Assembly: GCA_965238005.1 (NCBI GenBank)
Contig: OZ250165.1
Span: 2,272,001-2,336,000, forward strand
Direction: 5' to 3'
Source of the DNA: Longimicrobiales bacterium
GTDB taxonomy: Bacteria > Gemmatimonadota > Gemmatimonadetes > Longimicrobiales > Gaopeijiaceae
Length of the DNA: 64,000 bases
The position numbers and the translations under genes are program-made. The notes beneath the pieces were generated by a model. The model ran no database searches. It saw nothing but the letters and a program-made list of their open reading frames with translations, and was not told the origin of the DNA. Below, in pieces: positions 28,104 to 39,748 of this stretch; position 1 is the first letter of the stretch, and every line of letters begins with the position of its first letter.

Positions 28104-28922
28104 CTACATCCCTCCCGCCTCCAGTAGATTCGCCACCTCTTCCTGGGTGACGAAGAAGTCTCCCAGTGCGGCTCCACCGTCGGGAGTGTGCCAGTCGGAG
28201 CCACCCGTCATCAGCAGGGCCGAAGCCTGGGCGGCTCGCTCGAGCTCGAGGATGTGATTGGGTCGCGATCGGGGCCGGTAGACCTCCAGGCCGCGGAGCC
28301 CCTCCTGTACAAACTCGGGAAGGCGTCGGGGCAGGAGGTCGGCGTGGGGATGGGCCCAGACGGGGATGCCCCCAGCGTCCAGGATGATCTGGATGGCTTC
28401 GCCCGGAGTCGACAGCCGGGTCGGGACGTGAGCCGGATGGCCATCACCGATCAGGCGGGTGAACGCATCCGGCGTCGAGGACGCGTATCCCCCAGCCACC
28501 AGTGCCCGGGCCAGGTGAGGCCGACCGATGGCCGAGCGCTCGGGACCCGCCTCCTCGAGGACGTCCTGGTACCCGATCAGGAGCCCCTGGCGCCGGAGCC
28601 GATCCACCATCTGGAGCATCCTGCGCTCGCGCCCCTCCACCGCCCTACGCTGGTGGGCCTTGAGAGACGGCGCATCCGGATCCACGAAGTAGCCCAAGAT
28701 GTGGTATTCCTCGTCCTCGAAGGTGCTGCTGACCTCCACCCCCGGGACGACATGGACGCCCTGTCCGGCAGCCGCCTCCAGGGCCCGCGGAAGCCCCGCC
28801 ACGGTGTCGTGATCCGTGATGGATATGACATCGAGACCGGCTTCGCCGGCGAGGGTCACCACCTCACCGGGATTACACGCCCCGTCGGAGGCCGACGTGT
28901 GTACGTGGAGGTCCAGCCTCAT
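28104..28922 (-). CDS. PHP-domain phosphoesterase (TrpH/YciV-like)
   Basis: DLHVHTSASDG, ITDHDT, GVEVS, HILGY, WAHP, GGSDWH. Confidence 0.92.
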   Translation of the reverse strand: MRLDLHVHTSASDGACNPGEVVTLAGEAGLDVISITDHDTVAGLPRALEAAAGQGVHVVPGVEVSSTFEDEEYHILGYFVDPDAPSLKAHQRRAVEGRERRMLQMVDRLRRQGLLIGYQDVLEEAGPERSAIGRPHLARALVAGGYASSTPDAFTRLIGDGHPAHVPTRLSTPGEAIQIILDAGGIPVWAHPHADLLPRRLPEFVQEGLRGLEVYRPRSRPNHILELERAAQASALLMTGGSDWHTPDGGAALGDFFVTQEEVANLLEAGGM

Positions 28923-28950
28923 CCGTCCGTGTCTCTCATCGGCACCGTCG

Positions 28951-29282
28951 TCAGGCTCCGCCCCCCATCGCCTCGAGAATGGCACCCACATCGACCCTGG
29001 CACCGGAGGGCAGCTCTTCCGGGGCCTCCGATCCCGCGTACTCCGTCAGTATCGTGAGCTCTGAGCCCTCCACCTTCAGAACGCCCCCAGCCACGAAGAA
29101 GCTCTCGCTCCCGCCCTCGGGCAGATCGATGGACAGCTCCCCCGACCCGAGAAGGGCGATCATCGGAGCATGCCCGGGGAGTATCCCCACCTTGCCGTCC
29201 CAGGCCGGTGCGACCACCGAGGCAGCCAGGCCCTCGAACAGGAGCGCCTCCGGGGAGACCACTCGAACGTTCAAGCCGGCCA

Positions 29283-29283
<1 letters not shown>
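28951..29283 (-). CDS. atpC: ATP synthase epsilon subunit (short form)
   Basis: VVSPE, G.VGILPGHAP; operon position. Confidence 0.92.
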
Positions 29284-30746
<1,463 letters not shown>

Positions 30747-31610
30747 CTACTCGAGGGCGGCCGCACCGCCGACGATCTCGGCGATCTCCTGAGTGATCTG
30801 GGCCTGGCGGGCCCGGTTGTATGTGCGTGTCAGGTACTCGAGCACGTCACCCGCATTGTCGGTCGCGCTCTTCATGGCGCTTCGCCGGGCACCCTGCTCC
30901 GCGGCGGCGTTCTCCACCAACGCCCGGTAGGTGGCATTGCGGAGGTACGCTGGCAGCAGCCGCTCGAGGAGGATCTCGGCCTTCGGACTGAGGAGGTAGT
31001 TGTCCAGCGAGGCCGCCCCCCCGTCGGCAGGTCGAATCGGCAGCAGCTCCACCACCCTGGGCGGCGTCGACAGGGCGGACCGGAACTCGGAGCCCACCAC
31101 GTGGACCGCATCGACGCGACCCGCCGCGAAGTCCTCCCGAAGTCCAGCGATGACCGATTCGGCATCGTCCATGGACGGGCTGTCTCCGATATCGACGTTG
31201 CTCGACGCGATCGCACGACCTCGGAAGCGGAAGTAGGCGATGCCCTTCTTGCCTACGATGTGGAAGTCGGTCTCGACGCCTTCGCTCTCGAGCCGCTCCA
31301 GGAGGAGTCGTGCCTCTTTGACCAGGTTGGCGTTGAAGCCACCCGCCAGCCCCCGGTTCGCGGTGAGCAGGAGTACCGCCGCCCGCCGGACGCGCTCGGG
31401 GCTGCGGAGAAGCGGGAAGCGGTCGGAGAGCTCCGGTGCGTACAGACTGCGGACGATTTGCGCCAGTGAGTCGGCGTAGGGCCGGGCCGCCCGGACCCGG
31501 TCCGTGGCCTTCTTGAGCTTAGAGGTGGCCACCAGCTCCATGGTTCGGGTGATCTGCCGGGTGTTCTCGACCGACTTGATCCGTCGCTTGACATCACGCG
31601 CGCCCGCCAT
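30747..31610 (-). CDS. atpG: ATP synthase gamma subunit
   Basis: IT.TMELVA, RGLAGGFN, YNRARQAQITQEIAEI. Confidence 0.98.
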   Translation of the reverse strand: MAGARDVKRRIKSVENTRQITRTMELVATSKLKKATDRVRAARPYADSLAQIVRSLYAPELSDRFPLLRSPERVRRAAVLLLTANRGLAGGFNANLVKEARLLLERLESEGVETDFHIVGKKGIAYFRFRGRAIASSNVDIGDSPSMDDAESVIAGLREDFAAGRVDAVHVVGSEFRSALSTPPRVVELLPIRPADGGAASLDNYLLSPKAEILLERLLPAYLRNATYRALVENAAAEQGARRSAMKSATDNAGDVLEYLTRTYNRARQAQITQEIAEIVGGAAALE

Positions 31611-31642
31611 CGGCTAGTTCCCGTCGCCTCTGGTGTGCCGGC

Positions 31643-33235
31643 TCAGGCCGACGCCCCTGCTGTGGCCGTGTCGGCGGTCGGCTCTTCTGCCTCCATCTCG
31701 GCCGCGAACACCTCGTTGTACTCCGCGATGGCGGCCACCAGCTTCTCGGTGATCTCGTCTGTGAGCTGGCCCCCCTGTCTGATTCTGGACAGGATGTCGC
31801 CCTCGTGCGTGCTGAGGAATTCGTGGAAGCCCCGCTCCCACCGCCTCAGGTGGCGGACCTGGATGTCGTCCACGTGCCCTTGGGTGACGGCGAAGATGGC
31901 GCACACCTGGTTCTCCACCGGCATCGGCTGGTACTGCCCCTGCTTCAGGATCTCCACGGTGCGCTCACCGCGGGCCAGCTGGCGCTGCGTAGCGGCGTCG
32001 AGGTCGGAGCCGAACTGCGCGAAGGCCTCGAGCTCCTTGTACTGGGCCAGGTCGAGACGGAGACGTCCAGCCACCTTCTTCATCGCCTTGATCTGGGCGG
32101 CGCCCCCGACTCGTGATACGGAGATCCCCACGTTCACCGCGGGCCGAACTCCCGAGAAGAACAGATCCGGCTCGAGATAGATCTGGCCGTCGGTGATGGA
32201 GATCACATTCGTGGGGATGTAGGCCGACACGTCGCCGGCCTGCGTCTCGATGATGGGGAGAGCCGTGAGCGACCCGCCACCATGCTCGTCGGAGAGCTTG
32301 GCTGCCCTCTCCAGGAGCCGGGAGTGCAGGTAGAAGACGTCTCCAGGAAACGCCTCGCGCCCCGGGGGCCGGCGGAGGACCAGCGACAGCTGCCGGTAGG
32401 CCGTGGCCTGCTTGGAGAGGTCGTCGAAGACGACCAGGGTGTGCTTTCCCTGCCACATGAAGTGCTCGGCGATGGCGCAAGCCGAGTAGGGGGCGATGTA
32501 CTGCAAGGGAGCCGGATCGGACGCGTTGGCCAACACGACCACCGTGTAGTCCATGGCCTCGTGCTCCCGGAGCGTCTCCACGACGCCGGCCACCTTTCCC
32601 GCCCGCAGCCCGATGGCGCAGTACACGCAGATGACGTCGGTGTCCTTCTGGTTGATGATCGTGTCGAGGGCGATGGCCGTCTTCCCGGTACTCCGGTCGC
32701 CGATGATGAGCTCGCGCTGGCCCCGCCCGATGGGAATCATGGAATCGATGGCCTTGAGACCCGTCTGAAGGGGCTCGTTCACCGGCCGGCGCATGACGAT
32801 GCCCGGGGCCACGACGTCGATATGGCGGCGGTCCTCGATGGGGTCGACGGGTCCCTTGCCGTCCACGGGGCTGCCGAGGGGGTCCACGACCCGCCCGACG
32901 TATCCTTCACCGACGGGGATGTCCAACACCCGGCCAGTCCGGCGGACCTGATCGCCCTCGTGTAGCCGCGTCCAGTCTCCCATGATGACGGCGCCGATGT
33001 TGTCCTCTTCGAGGTTGAGCGCCAAGGCCGTCACGGCCTCGCCGGTGTCGGCGACGGTGATCTCCAGCATCTCGCTGGCCATCGCCTTCGTCAGGCCGTA
33101 GATGCGCGCGATGCCGTCCTTCACCTCGAGGACTTCGCCCACCTCTTCGGCCCGGAGCCGCTCACCGTAGTTCTCGATCTCAGAAAGGAGGACGCCCTTG
33201 ATCTCGCTGGCGCGGAGTCCCGAATCGTTAGCCAT
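31643..33235 (-). CDS. atpA: ATP synthase alpha subunit
   Basis: [32 protein letters not shown]. Confidence 0.99.
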   Translation of the reverse strand: MANDSGLRASEIKGVLLSEIENYGERLRAEEVGEVLEVKDGIARIYGLTKAMASEMLEITVADTGEAVTALALNLEEDNIGAVIMGDWTRLHEGDQVRRTGRVLDIPVGEGYVGRVVDPLGSPVDGKGPVDPIEDRRHIDVVAPGIVMRRPVNEPLQTGLKAIDSMIPIGRGQRELIIGDRSTGKTAIALDTIINQKDTDVICVYCAIGLRAGKVAGVVETLREHEAMDYTVVVLANASDPAPLQYIAPYSACAIAEHFMWQGKHTLVVFDDLSKQATAYRQLSLVLRRPPGREAFPGDVFYLHSRLLERAAKLSDEHGGGSLTALPIIETQAGDVSAYIPTNVISITDGQIYLEPDLFFSGVRPAVNVGISVSRVGGAAQIKAMKKVAGRLRLDLAQYKELEAFAQFGSDLDAATQRQLARGERTVEILKQGQYQPMPVENQVCAIFAVTQGHVDDIQVRHLRRWERGFHEFLSTHEGDILSRIRQGGQLTDEITEKLVAAIAEYNEVFAAEMEAEEPTADTATAGASA

Positions 33236-33292
33236 TGCCTAGTCCTGTGATTCCATCACGAAAGCCGGCTCGAGCCGACCCGATCTCTAGCG

Positions 33293-33856
33293 TCATGCCT
33301 CCCCTACCTTGGGGAGGTCGGTCGTAAGCAACTTCCGGCGCAATCCGTCCAGCCTGCGCCGCAGGGATCCATCGTAAATCGTGTCGCCCGCTCGAACGAC
33401 GACGCCGCCCAGGATGCTCGGCTTCACCCGCACCTGGGGGATCGCCCGGCGGCCGATGAGGGCCGTCAGCCCCTCCTGGAGCTCGGCCATGGACGCTTCG
33501 TCCATGCTGCGAGCCAACGTGACCTCTACCCGAACGCGGCCCAGACGCTGATCCACGAGGGTGTGATACTCCTTCGCGATCTCCCTCACAAGACGCTGTC
33601 GCCTCTTGTCGAGCGTGACGAACAGGAAGTTGATCAGAGTCGCCGGCAGGGTATCCGTGAAGACGCTCCGGATGACCTCTTTCTTCTGACTCGCCGCGAT
33701 CCGCGGTGTCTCCAGGAAGATCCGGAAGCTCGGGTTCTCGTCGATGAGGCGCGCGACGACTTCGATGCCGTCCCCGAATGCCTCCAGCCCCTCGTGCCGC
33801 TCCGCTACCTCGAGGAGGGTCTCGGCGTAGTTTCGGGCGACCGTTTCCTCTCTCAC
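33293..33856 (-). CDS. atpH: ATP synthase delta subunit
   Basis: VARNYAETL, ILGGVVVRAGDTIYDGS. Confidence 0.95.
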   Translation of the reverse strand: MREETVARNYAETLLEVAERHEGLEAFGDGIEVVARLIDENPSFRIFLETPRIAASQKKEVIRSVFTDTLPATLINFLFVTLDKRRQRLVREIAKEYHTLVDQRLGRVRVEVTLARSMDEASMAELQEGLTALIGRRAIPQVRVKPSILGGVVVRAGDTIYDGSLRRRLDGLRRKLLTTDLPKVGEA

Positions 33857-34440
33857 GCCTGGGCCCCCTCGCCCTGTTCGCTGAGGTCATCGATGTAGCC
33901 CATCACCAGCTCACGGTCCTTGGCCTCATCGAGGCTCTCGCCCATGAGCTTGGCGGCCGCGGCCAGCGCCAGGTCGACCGACTCCTTCCGGATCGCCTCG
34001 AGGGCCGCGTCCTTCTCACGCTCGATGGACTCGTGGGCGCGCTCGATGAGGGCCTGGCCCTCCACCCTGGCCTTCTCTTCGATGTCCTGCCGGACCTTGT
34101 CACCAGCTTCCCTGCTCTCGGCGATCAGCTGCTGCGCCTGGCGACGTGCGTCGGCCATCTGCTGCCTGTGCTCCGCCAGGAGCTTGGCAGCCTCTTCCCT
34201 CTCGTTGGCAGCCCGGTCCAACGTGTCCTGAATGCCGCTCTCACGCGCCTCGACGGCGGCGAGGACCGGCCCCCACGCGAACTTCCAAAGAATGCCGAGC
34301 AGTATGAGAAAGACGAGCGTTGTCCAGACCGACAGGCCCAGGTTTAGGTCGAACATCCCGCCCCCACCCTCTTGCGCCATCGCGGGCACGGGAAGAATCA
34401 GCGCGTACGACCCGAGGACCGCGAGCATGCATCTAGTCAT
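33853..34440 (-). CDS. atpF: ATP synthase subunit b
   Basis: Transmembrane helix ..LWKFAWGP, then coiled coil; operon position. Confidence 0.93.
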   Translation of the reverse strand: MTRCMLAVLGSYALILPVPAMAQEGGGGMFDLNLGLSVWTTLVFLILLGILWKFAWGPVLAAVEARESGIQDTLDRAANEREEAAKLLAEHRQQMADARRQAQQLIAESREAGDKVRQDIEEKARVEGQALIERAHESIEREKDAALEAIRKESVDLALAAAAKLMGESLDEAKDRELVMGYIDDLSEQGEGAQA

Positions 34441-34697
34441 CGATTTATCATCATAAACGCGAGGCCGATACCGAAGAGCGCCACACCCTCGATGAGCGCC
34501 GCGAAGATGATCGCCGCCGTCTGGATCTGAGCCGTCACTTCCGGCTGACGGGCGATCCCCGACGCCGCGGCGGCACCGATGGGGCCGATTCCGAGTCCCG
34601 CACCGAGCACGGCACCGCCGATGGCCAATCCGGCACCGATGAGGCCGATGCCGCCATTCCCAGCGGCTTCCTGAACAGTGGTAAGCAAGAAGTGCAT
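34437..34697 (-). CDS. atpE: ATP synthase subunit c
   Basis: GxGxG helix, ARQPE loop, ALIEG carboxylate. Confidence 0.96.
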   Translation of the reverse strand: MHFLLTTVQEAAGNGGIGLIGAGLAIGGAVLGAGLGIGPIGAAAASGIARQPEVTAQIQTAAIIFAALIEGVALFGIGLAFMMINR

Positions 34698-34719
34698 CTT
34701 TCGTCCTTTGTCCTGGTGA

Positions 34720-35637
34720 CTAATGAGCGTGACGTATGAGCCCGATGAAGACGGAGGTGAGCATCACGAAGATGTAGGCCTGCAAGAAGGCGATGAACAA
34801 CTCGAGAATCATGAGAATGCTGGCCATGGTGACCGAAGTGACGCCCATGAGGTAGCTCTGGAACACGAAGATCATGCCCATGATGGCAAGGATCAGCGTG
34901 TGACCCGCCGTCATGTTGGCGAGGAGACGCACCGCCAGCGCGAACGGCTTGGCCAGCTTACCCAGGAACTCAACCACCGTCAGGATGACCAGCAATCCCG
35001 GCTTCATGAGCGTTGGAACGCCCGCGGGCAGAAAGAAGATCGTCTTGGCGTACCCGACGGGCCCGAGAACCCTGAATCCCGAAACCTCGATTACGATGAA
35101 GCTGACGACGGCCAGCGCGGCGGTCACGGACAGGTTCGCCGTGGGAGTGATCCCCAGCGGCGTGAGCCCGATCAGGTTCATCCCGAGAATGAAGAAGAAC
35201 AGCGTGAGGATGTACGAGGTGTAGGCATCGGCACCATGCCCGATGTTCGCCCGCACCACCTCGTCCCGGAAGTAGATGATCATGGCCTCCATGGCGTTGG
35301 CGAATCCGCTGGGCGCCTTTTCTACGCCCTTCGACCGGATGGCCCTGGCCACGGGGATGAAGATCATAGGAAGCAGAAGCGCAACGAGCAGCATCACCAC
35401 GAGCTGACGGGTCGGCGACATGTCGATGGCGACGGATCCCAGCTGGATGGGCTCCACGCTCAGCAACTCGAGGCTCCAGTGCCCACCGGCGAACTCGATG
35501 TCCTTGGCGTCGCCGATGTGGTGCGAGATGAAGTCGGGCAGCCCCTCCATGGAAAGACCATTGGCGGCCTCTGGGCCATGGCCTGCCTCTTGAGCTGCCT
35601 CCCCGGCGTGCTCATGCAGAGCTCCGAATAGACTCAT
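34720..35637 (-). CDS. atpB: ATP synthase subunit a
   Basis: TANLSVT, KPFALAVRLLANM.AGH, LQAYIF. Confidence 0.97.
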   Translation of the reverse strand: MSLFGALHEHAGEAAQEAGHGPEAANGLSMEGLPDFISHHIGDAKDIEFAGGHWSLELLSVEPIQLGSVAIDMSPTRQLVVMLLVALLLPMIFIPVARAIRSKGVEKAPSGFANAMEAMIIYFRDEVVRANIGHGADAYTSYILTLFFFILGMNLIGLTPLGITPTANLSVTAALAVVSFIVIEVSGFRVLGPVGYAKTIFFLPAGVPTLMKPGLLVILTVVEFLGKLAKPFALAVRLLANMTAGHTLILAIMGMIFVFQSYLMGVTSVTMASILMILELFIAFLQAYIFVMLTSVFIGLIRHAH

Positions 35638-36011
35638 GTCGTCGTCCGTGCGTCCTCACTGTCGGCCCTGAGAAAGGCCGGTTCCATCAACAACAAGACG
35701 AAGAAGAACCCCACCAACGACAGCAGAAGCGCTGCCGGCTCCACCGACTCGAGCCTCGAGGACGCCAACCCCACCGCCACGACCACCGCCACCCGGAGCG
35801 CAATCCCTGCCCCCCACCACGCCATGAAGCGGGTCGGCTCCCCTCGCGCGCGAAGGAGTAACGCGAATGCCATGACTTGGACAGGGTAAGCAATCAGCGC
35901 CGCCAGGAGAATCCCTGTTCTCCCCGCGTCATCCAGAAACACCGAGAGGGCCGCGGCTCCCAAGCCCACCACCAGAAGCGCGGTCAAGGCGTAGCGGTTA
36001 AGGGCATTCAA
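35634..36011 (-). CDS. AtpI-like four-helix membrane protein
   Basis: Four hydrophobic segments; TTG start overlapping the upstream stop; lies directly before atpB. Confidence 0.7.
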   Translation of the reverse strand: MNALNRYALTALLVVGLGAAALSVFLDDAGRTGILLAALIAYPVQVMAFALLLRARGEPTRFMAWWGAGIALRVAVVVAVGLASSRLESVEPAALLLSLVGFFFVLLLMEPAFLRADSEDARTTT

Positions 36012-36277
36012 TCCGTCTCGCGCTCCTCGCGGTCCTGCTCCTGTCGTGGCCGTATCACCAGCTGGACATAGAGACTGTAGAAACCGGCTGCACCCCCCAA
36101 GAGCATCCCGAAGAGCGTGAACAACGACTGGGACCCGACTCGCTCCCCGATCTCGGATCCGACCCATCCGAAGAGCGCTACCGACGCGGCTATGGCCATC
36201 CCGTGCCCAAAAAAACGGGAGGAGGCGCGGACCACATCTGTCCCTCGATTTCCGCTCGGATTTCCTGACCCTGGCAT
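36008..36277 (-). CDS. AtpZ/AtpI-family small membrane protein
   Basis: G..IA.SV.LFGWVG...FTLFGMLLGGAAGFYSLY pattern; first gene of the atp operon. Confidence 0.78.
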   Translation of the reverse strand: MPGSGNPSGNRGTDVVRASSRFFGHGMAIAASVALFGWVGSEIGERVGSQSLFTLFGMLLGGAAGFYSLYVQLVIRPRQEQDREERETD

Positions 36278-36313
36278 TGGCTGGAACTCCGGTCGGTAGC
36301 CCAAAGCCAGCCA

Positions 36314-36342
36314 AATTTAGAAGCTTGTGAAAAATTTCGCAA
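36314..36342 (-). promoter_or_regulatory. sigma70-type promoter of the atp operon overlapped by a Rex-type operator (36325-36342)
   Basis: Minus strand TTGCGA-N17-TAAATT; plus strand TTGTGAA-AAAT-TTCGCAA versus Rex consensus TTGTGAA-N4-TTCACAA (1 mismatch). Confidence 0.75.
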
Positions 36343-36589
36343 GCGCCACTTTCCCCCTGTTCAAAGGGGATTCCGGCGGATCCACGACGCTTGACGGGGG
36401 ACGGCACCGAAGTCAACTTCGCGGCGTGACAAGCAGGCTCGAATCGGCCCGACGTTGACGTCGAACGCCCCCCCAAGAGATCCAAACCGGACCTCTGGCG
36501 GCAGGTGGCGGGTACGCTGCGTAGCCGGCCACACCAGGCCACGCCCGCCGCGCGGCCAGAACCTTTCAGCAGGGCGCGGAAGCGATCTG

Positions 36590-37609
36590 ATGACGTCAAC
36601 GACGAAAACGGTTGTCCGAGATCGGGACCTGGAGCTCCTTGAGCGCGTCGCTCGGGTCGCCGAAGAGATCAGACGCGAGATCGAAAAGCAGATCGTCGGC
36701 CAACATGAGGTGGTGGAGGGCTTGCTCACCGCCCTTCTGGCCAACGGGCACGTGCTCCTGGTGGGTGTTCCGGGCCTGGCGAAGACTCTGCTGATCTCGA
36801 CTCTGGCCGAGGCTCTGGACCTGGACTTCAGCCGCATTCAGTTCACCCCGGACCTGATGCCCACCGACATCACCGGAACCGAGGTCATCGAGGAAGATCG
36901 CTCTACGGGACGCAGGGTGTTTCGCTTCGTTCGAGGGCCCATCTTCGCCAACGTGGTTCTAGCAGACGAGATCAACAGGACCCCGCCGAAGACCCAGGCC
37001 GCTTTGCTCCAGGCCATGCAGGAGCGGGAGGTGACCGCCGCCGGGCAGACGTATGATCTGGAGGCACCGTTCTTCGTGCTGGCTACCCAGAACCCCATCG
37101 AGCAGGAGGGCACCTACCCCCTGCCCGAGGCGCAGCTCGACCGCTTCATGCTCGAACTTCCCATCGGGTATCCGTCCAGGGACGAAGAGGAGGAGATCGC
37201 CATGCGGACGACGGGTGAGGAGGATCCTCAGATCCGGCCCGTAGTGTCCTCGAAGGAGCTCATCAAACTCCAACAGCTGGTGCGCAGGGTCCCGGCGTCT
37301 CCCTCACTCGTCTCGTTTGCGGTGCACCTCGCACGTTCTACCCGACCCGGCCTGAAAGAAACGTCGGCGGTATCGGAGCGATATGTGAGCTGGGGCGCCG
37401 GCCCTCGGGCTTCCCAGTACCTTGTCCTCGGCGCGAAGGCCCGCGCGGCCTTCCGGGGCGATCCCATTCCGTCGTACGAGGATGTTATCGCAGTCGCGCC
37501 CGCCGTCCTGGCACACCGCATCGTGCTCAACTTCGAAGCCGAAGCGGATGGACGGGTGACCCGTGACGTGATTGCAGAGCTTCTGCAGGAAACGGTTGCA
37601 TGGACGTAG
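36590..37609 (+). CDS. MoxR-family AAA+ ATPase
   Basis: GVPGLAKT, RIQFTPDLMPTD, LADEINRTPPKTQAALL, ATQNPIEQEGTYPLPEAQLDRF. Confidence 0.95.
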   Translation: MTSTTKTVVRDRDLELLERVARVAEEIRREIEKQIVGQHEVVEGLLTALLANGHVLLVGVPGLAKTLLISTLAEALDLDFSRIQFTPDLMPTDITGTEVIEEDRSTGRRVFRFVRGPIFANVVLADEINRTPPKTQAALLQAMQEREVTAAGQTYDLEAPFFVLATQNPIEQEGTYPLPEAQLDRFMLELPIGYPSRDEEEEIAMRTTGEEDPQIRPVVSSKELIKLQQLVRRVPASPSLVSFAVHLARSTRPGLKETSAVSERYVSWGAGPRASQYLVLGAKARAAFRGDPIPSYEDVIAVAPAVLAHRIVLNFEAEADGRVTRDVIAELLQETVAWT

Positions 37610-37658
37610 GTCCGAGTAACAAGGCGGGCGATCGGCCGCCGACTACCCGGGGTATCAC

Positions 37659-38915
37659 ATGATTTGGCTGCTGTTGGCCGCAGCGGTCGTCTCGATCCTG
37701 CTCTCTGCGGCACTTGTCGCAGCGGAGGCAGCCGCTTTCGCCATCGGCTCCTCGCGGCTACGGACGTTGGAGGAAGAAGGATTCCAGGGGGCTGAAGCCC
37801 TGGCTGATCTGAGAGCCCGGCCTGAAGCGGTGCGGGCCTCCCTGCTCATCCCGACCACCATGCTCAACGCCGCCGCCGTCGGCGTCTCCGTCATTCTGGG
37901 CACGCTGCTCGGGGGGACCACCGGTGGTGTGCTCGGACTTGTCATCGGCGGCGGAGCCGTCTTGGTCATGGGGCAGAGCATCCCTCGGCTCCTGGCTACC
38001 ATCCGGCCCCTCCGCATGGCCCTCGGCGCCGCTCCCCTCCTCATGTTCGTCGAGAGGACCGTGGGAGCGGCCACGGCCCCCTTCGGGCGCCTCACCGGCT
38101 TCCTGGTGCCACGGAACGGAGACGAGGGGTCGACCCAGGAGGAGCGGGCCGTCCGTGAGATCACGGAGCTGGGACAGGAGGAAGGGTTGGTGGGGGTGGA
38201 AGAGCACCTTCTCGTGGAGAGAGCCTTCCGCCTGGACGAGTTGACGGCGTGGGACGTCATGACTCCCAGGGTCGACATCTTCGCCTGGAGGGACTCCCTT
38301 ACCCTCGAGGAGATCATGAGCGAGCTCGAGACGGTCCCGTATTCCCGGGTGCCGGTCTACCAGGAGACGACCGATGACATCTCGGGCATCCTGTACGTTC
38401 GTGAGGCCTACGAGAACTACGTGGCCGGCCGCACCTCCATGATCCTTGCCCATCTGTCCCGGGAGCCACTCTTCGTGCCGGGCTCCCTGCCGCTGACGCA
38501 GCTGCTCCGGCAGTTCCAGGCGCGTCGGATCCACATGGGGATCGTCGCCGACGAGTTCGGTGGAACCGATGGGCTGGCGACCCTGGAAGACATCATTGAG
38601 GAGCTGGTGGGCGAGATCGTCGACGAGACCGACGTGGACGAGGTGGCGCTGATCCGCTTGTCCCGCACCGAGGTGGAAGCGCCGGGCGGCATGGACGTCC
38701 GGGAGATCAACCACGCGTTCACCGTGGCCCTCCCCCAGCTCGAGCATCGCTCCCTCAACGGATTCATCCTCGAAGAGCTGGGCTACGTACCCGAGGCCGA
38801 AGAGACGCTCGACTGTGCCGGGGTACGGATCGAGATCCTGGAAGCCTCGGACACGCAGGTGATCCGTGCCCGCCTGACCAAGCTCTCGGCGACGGGCAGA
38901 GACGAGAACACTTAG
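37659..38915 (+). CDS. Hemolysin-family/CNNM (DUF21-CBS-CorC) protein
   Basis: N-terminal transmembrane domain, VMTPRVD, YSRVPVY, DEFGGTDGL.TLEDIIEELVGEI.DE. Confidence 0.93.
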   Translation: MIWLLLAAAVVSILLSAALVAAEAAAFAIGSSRLRTLEEEGFQGAEALADLRARPEAVRASLLIPTTMLNAAAVGVSVILGTLLGGTTGGVLGLVIGGGAVLVMGQSIPRLLATIRPLRMALGAAPLLMFVERTVGAATAPFGRLTGFLVPRNGDEGSTQEERAVREITELGQEEGLVGVEEHLLVERAFRLDELTAWDVMTPRVDIFAWRDSLTLEEIMSELETVPYSRVPVYQETTDDISGILYVREAYENYVAGRTSMILAHLSREPLFVPGSLPLTQLLRQFQARRIHMGIVADEFGGTDGLATLEDIIEELVGEIVDETDVDEVALIRLSRTEVEAPGGMDVREINHAFTVALPQLEHRSLNGFILEELGYVPEAEETLDCAGVRIEILEASDTQVIRARLTKLSATGRDENT

Positions 38916-39093
38916 TGTCCCGTTTCCAAAGTGTCTCGGCCAGTCGAGGGCACGGTGCATCCGTGGGCTCGGCGTTGGGACTCCTTGCGACCACGCTTCG
39001 CGCGGTGCCCGCGTGCACTACGCCGCGTCGTCCCGCCTTGATCCCACGGCGCCCCGGCCCTCTTGGTGGCTCGCGAACTTCGGAAACGGAACA
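38916..39093. mobile_element. MITE-like element copy B (178 bp)
   Basis: tgtcccgtttccaaagt ... acttcggaaacggaaca (15/17 TIR); TTAG/CTAG flanks; reverse complement of the core of copies D and E. Confidence 0.88.
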
Positions 39094-39105
39094 CTAGCCG
39101 TCTCG

Positions 39106-39735
39106 ATGGCCATCATCCTGCCCTTCAACGGGAAGCGGCCTCGCATCGCCGATACCGCTTTCATCGCCCCCAACGCCGTCCTCGTGGGAGACGTGACCGT
39201 CGGCGAAAAGGCCAGCATCTGGTTCGGCGCGGTGCTTCGTGCAGACGACCCCGAGAACGGGATCATCGTCGGGGCGGGCACCAGCGTGCAGGACAACTGC
39301 GTGGTCCACGTCGGCGGCTGGGCGCCCACCCGCATCGGCGAACAGGTGACCGTGGGGCACGGAGCCAAGTTCGAGAGTTGCGAGATCGGCGATCGGACCG
39401 TGGTGGGCATGAATGCCGTCGTCCTCCAGAAGGCTCGCATCGGCATCGAGTGCGTGATCGGCGCCAACGCCGTCGTCCTAGAGGGAACCGAGATCCCCGA
39501 CCGCACCCTGGTGGCGGGAGTCCCGGGAGTCGTCAAACGGACTCTCGACGACTCCGCCGGCTGGATCGCACGAGGGGGGCGCCATTACATCGAGCTGTCC
39601 AGAGCCTACCTGGACCAGAGGATGGGAGAGGCCGCCGCCCCCTGTTGCGAGCGGTGTGGAGGCCCCGTGCTCGAGCGTCACTGCAAGATCGTCTGCCTGG
39701 CTTGCGGCCATCAGCGGGACTGCTCGGACCCGTAG
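39106..39735 (+). CDS. Gamma-carbonic-anhydrase-family (YrdA/PaaY-like) protein with a C-terminal Cys-rich tail
   Basis: Hexapeptide repeats, GDV..G..ASIWFGAVLR.D, QDNCVVH, VTVGH; tail CERC...HCKIVCLACG...DCSDP. Confidence 0.9.
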   Translation: MAIILPFNGKRPRIADTAFIAPNAVLVGDVTVGEKASIWFGAVLRADDPENGIIVGAGTSVQDNCVVHVGGWAPTRIGEQVTVGHGAKFESCEIGDRTVVGMNAVVLQKARIGIECVIGANAVVLEGTEIPDRTLVAGVPGVVKRTLDDSAGWIARGGRHYIELSRAYLDQRMGEAAAPCCERCGGPVLERHCKIVCLACGHQRDCSDP

Positions 39736-39748
39736 CCCGCGCGAGCCC

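Noticed and set aside
38912..39105. Short ORFs and N-terminal extensions across MITEs (also on nupC, the TrmH gene and hslU)
   Set aside because: They are translations of the repeat elements and recur in each copy; better starts lie downstream
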